From Ruditapes philippinarum (taxonomy: Eukaryota), in contig NW_026866645.1 in NCBI RefSeq assembly GCF_026571515.1, positions 62,001-126,000 on the forward strand: 64,000 nt of DNA, written 5' to 3'. Below the pieces are notes generated by a model, which saw only the letters and a program-made list of their open reading frames with translations, did not search any database and was not told where the DNA came from. Positions 62,907 to 64,000 of this stretch are shown here, in pieces. How positions within the stretch are numbered: the first letter of the stretch is position 1; each line of letters begins with the position of its first letter. The translations under genes were made by a program, and so were the position numbers.

Positions 62907-64000
62907 GGGGAAACATCCAGATAGAAAGTTTTGAAAGTCATACACCAAAACAACTTCGTTTTCAGCCAAATTATTTTAAATGTGTGAGTGATATAATAGT
63001 GGAATAGAATAATTGTTTACTTATTTTTCAAAAAAAAAAAAAAAAATCATGCTAGTCCTTTAAAATTTTGTGTTTGAAACAATCGTCAATTTTAAATATA
63101 GTGTTGTTTGAAGAAAGGTAGAGATAGCTTAAATATCTAACTTCAGCAAAAAAAATAAAAAAATAAAAAGTCTAAATGAGTCAGTGGGATTTGTAGTGCG
63201 GAAGGGGTAGAAAACCGTGTGTTTATTTCTTACGAACATGACTACTTGAAGTCTGGAATGACTGCTGTTGAACAACATAGGACCTGTTACTAAATATGCA
63301 TAAATACATAAAAATGTATTGTCTGCATGTTTTTTCAAAATTTGAGTATATATTTACAAAGAATGGGCTACATTATACTTATGTCCGCTTAAAGGGCAGT
63401 AACTGCAGTAACCATTTTACATGTTAAATATGTACAGATTACTTCCCTTCAATCCTCACCGGCCTAATGATTGACGTCTACGATGCATGACCTTATTTTT
63501 GGGTTTTAATCAAAAGTGTTATGTTGTTATTCATTACGACCTTTTTGTCTAAATGACTACATACGTTACGTTATAATTATCATTTATGAATGATTTCGAA
63601 ATAAATCTTAAGCCAATATAATTATTTGCCTCAATGGTCTAGATTATTGCTCGCGAGTTGGTTTACCACGGAGCACGGAGACCCGATAACCTCGTCAGTG
63701 ATATTCTAGCTGTTGATAGTTCATTACACAATAAAGTATTTTGAAAATGCGGAAAAAATGGTTTTCAATGGAATAACATTTGAACACTTCCGGAATAAGA
63801 ACGCTTCATTGTAGGCATAATAACACACATCTTGAATCAAACTGTATCGTCTTTGCTATTGTAAACCACTGATTTCTTTAAACTTGATAAAAAAGCATGC
63901 ACCCCTGCACTATTCTGAGAAAATTTGACTAACTTTAGAAAACGCATTCACTATAATGAAACATAAAGGTTGAGATATAACTTGAGCTTTATATTTTTGA

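Overview
AT-rich, intron-containing animal DNA. The SINE/HINE/MITE repertoire points to a bivalve mollusc (inference). The window holds three host loci. (1) A clan-2, CYP17A1-like cytochrome P450 on the minus strand, with coding exons 1-6 inside the window (13867 down to 179) and the rest running off the left edge. (2) Its head-to-head paralog on the plus strand (26602-40491, 10 coding exons, 499 codons when repaired), which has an in-frame TAA and a +1 frameshift. The two copies are the arms of an old inverted segmental duplication of about 35 kb or more, centred near 19.6 kb. (3) An intact 12-exon, 561-aa carotenoid-cleavage-oxygenase (RPE65/BCO) family gene (48420-62609). It keeps all four iron histidines but, unusually, has a signal peptide, 7 N-glycosylation sequons and 4 extra cysteines. 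Between two N gaps in a CYP intron sits a 7.7-kb near-perfect palindrome made of two Penelope-like (RT + GIY-YIG) retroelements. They have a separate upstream ORF, a candidate -1 slippery site and a minimal hammerhead ribozyme motif. A second, Naiad-like Penelope remnant carries a SECIS-like hairpin right after its stop codon. The rest is a dense mix of hAT, Tc1, LINE, SINE, HINE, MITE and satellite-bearing repeats. All exon models and RNA structures were read by eye.
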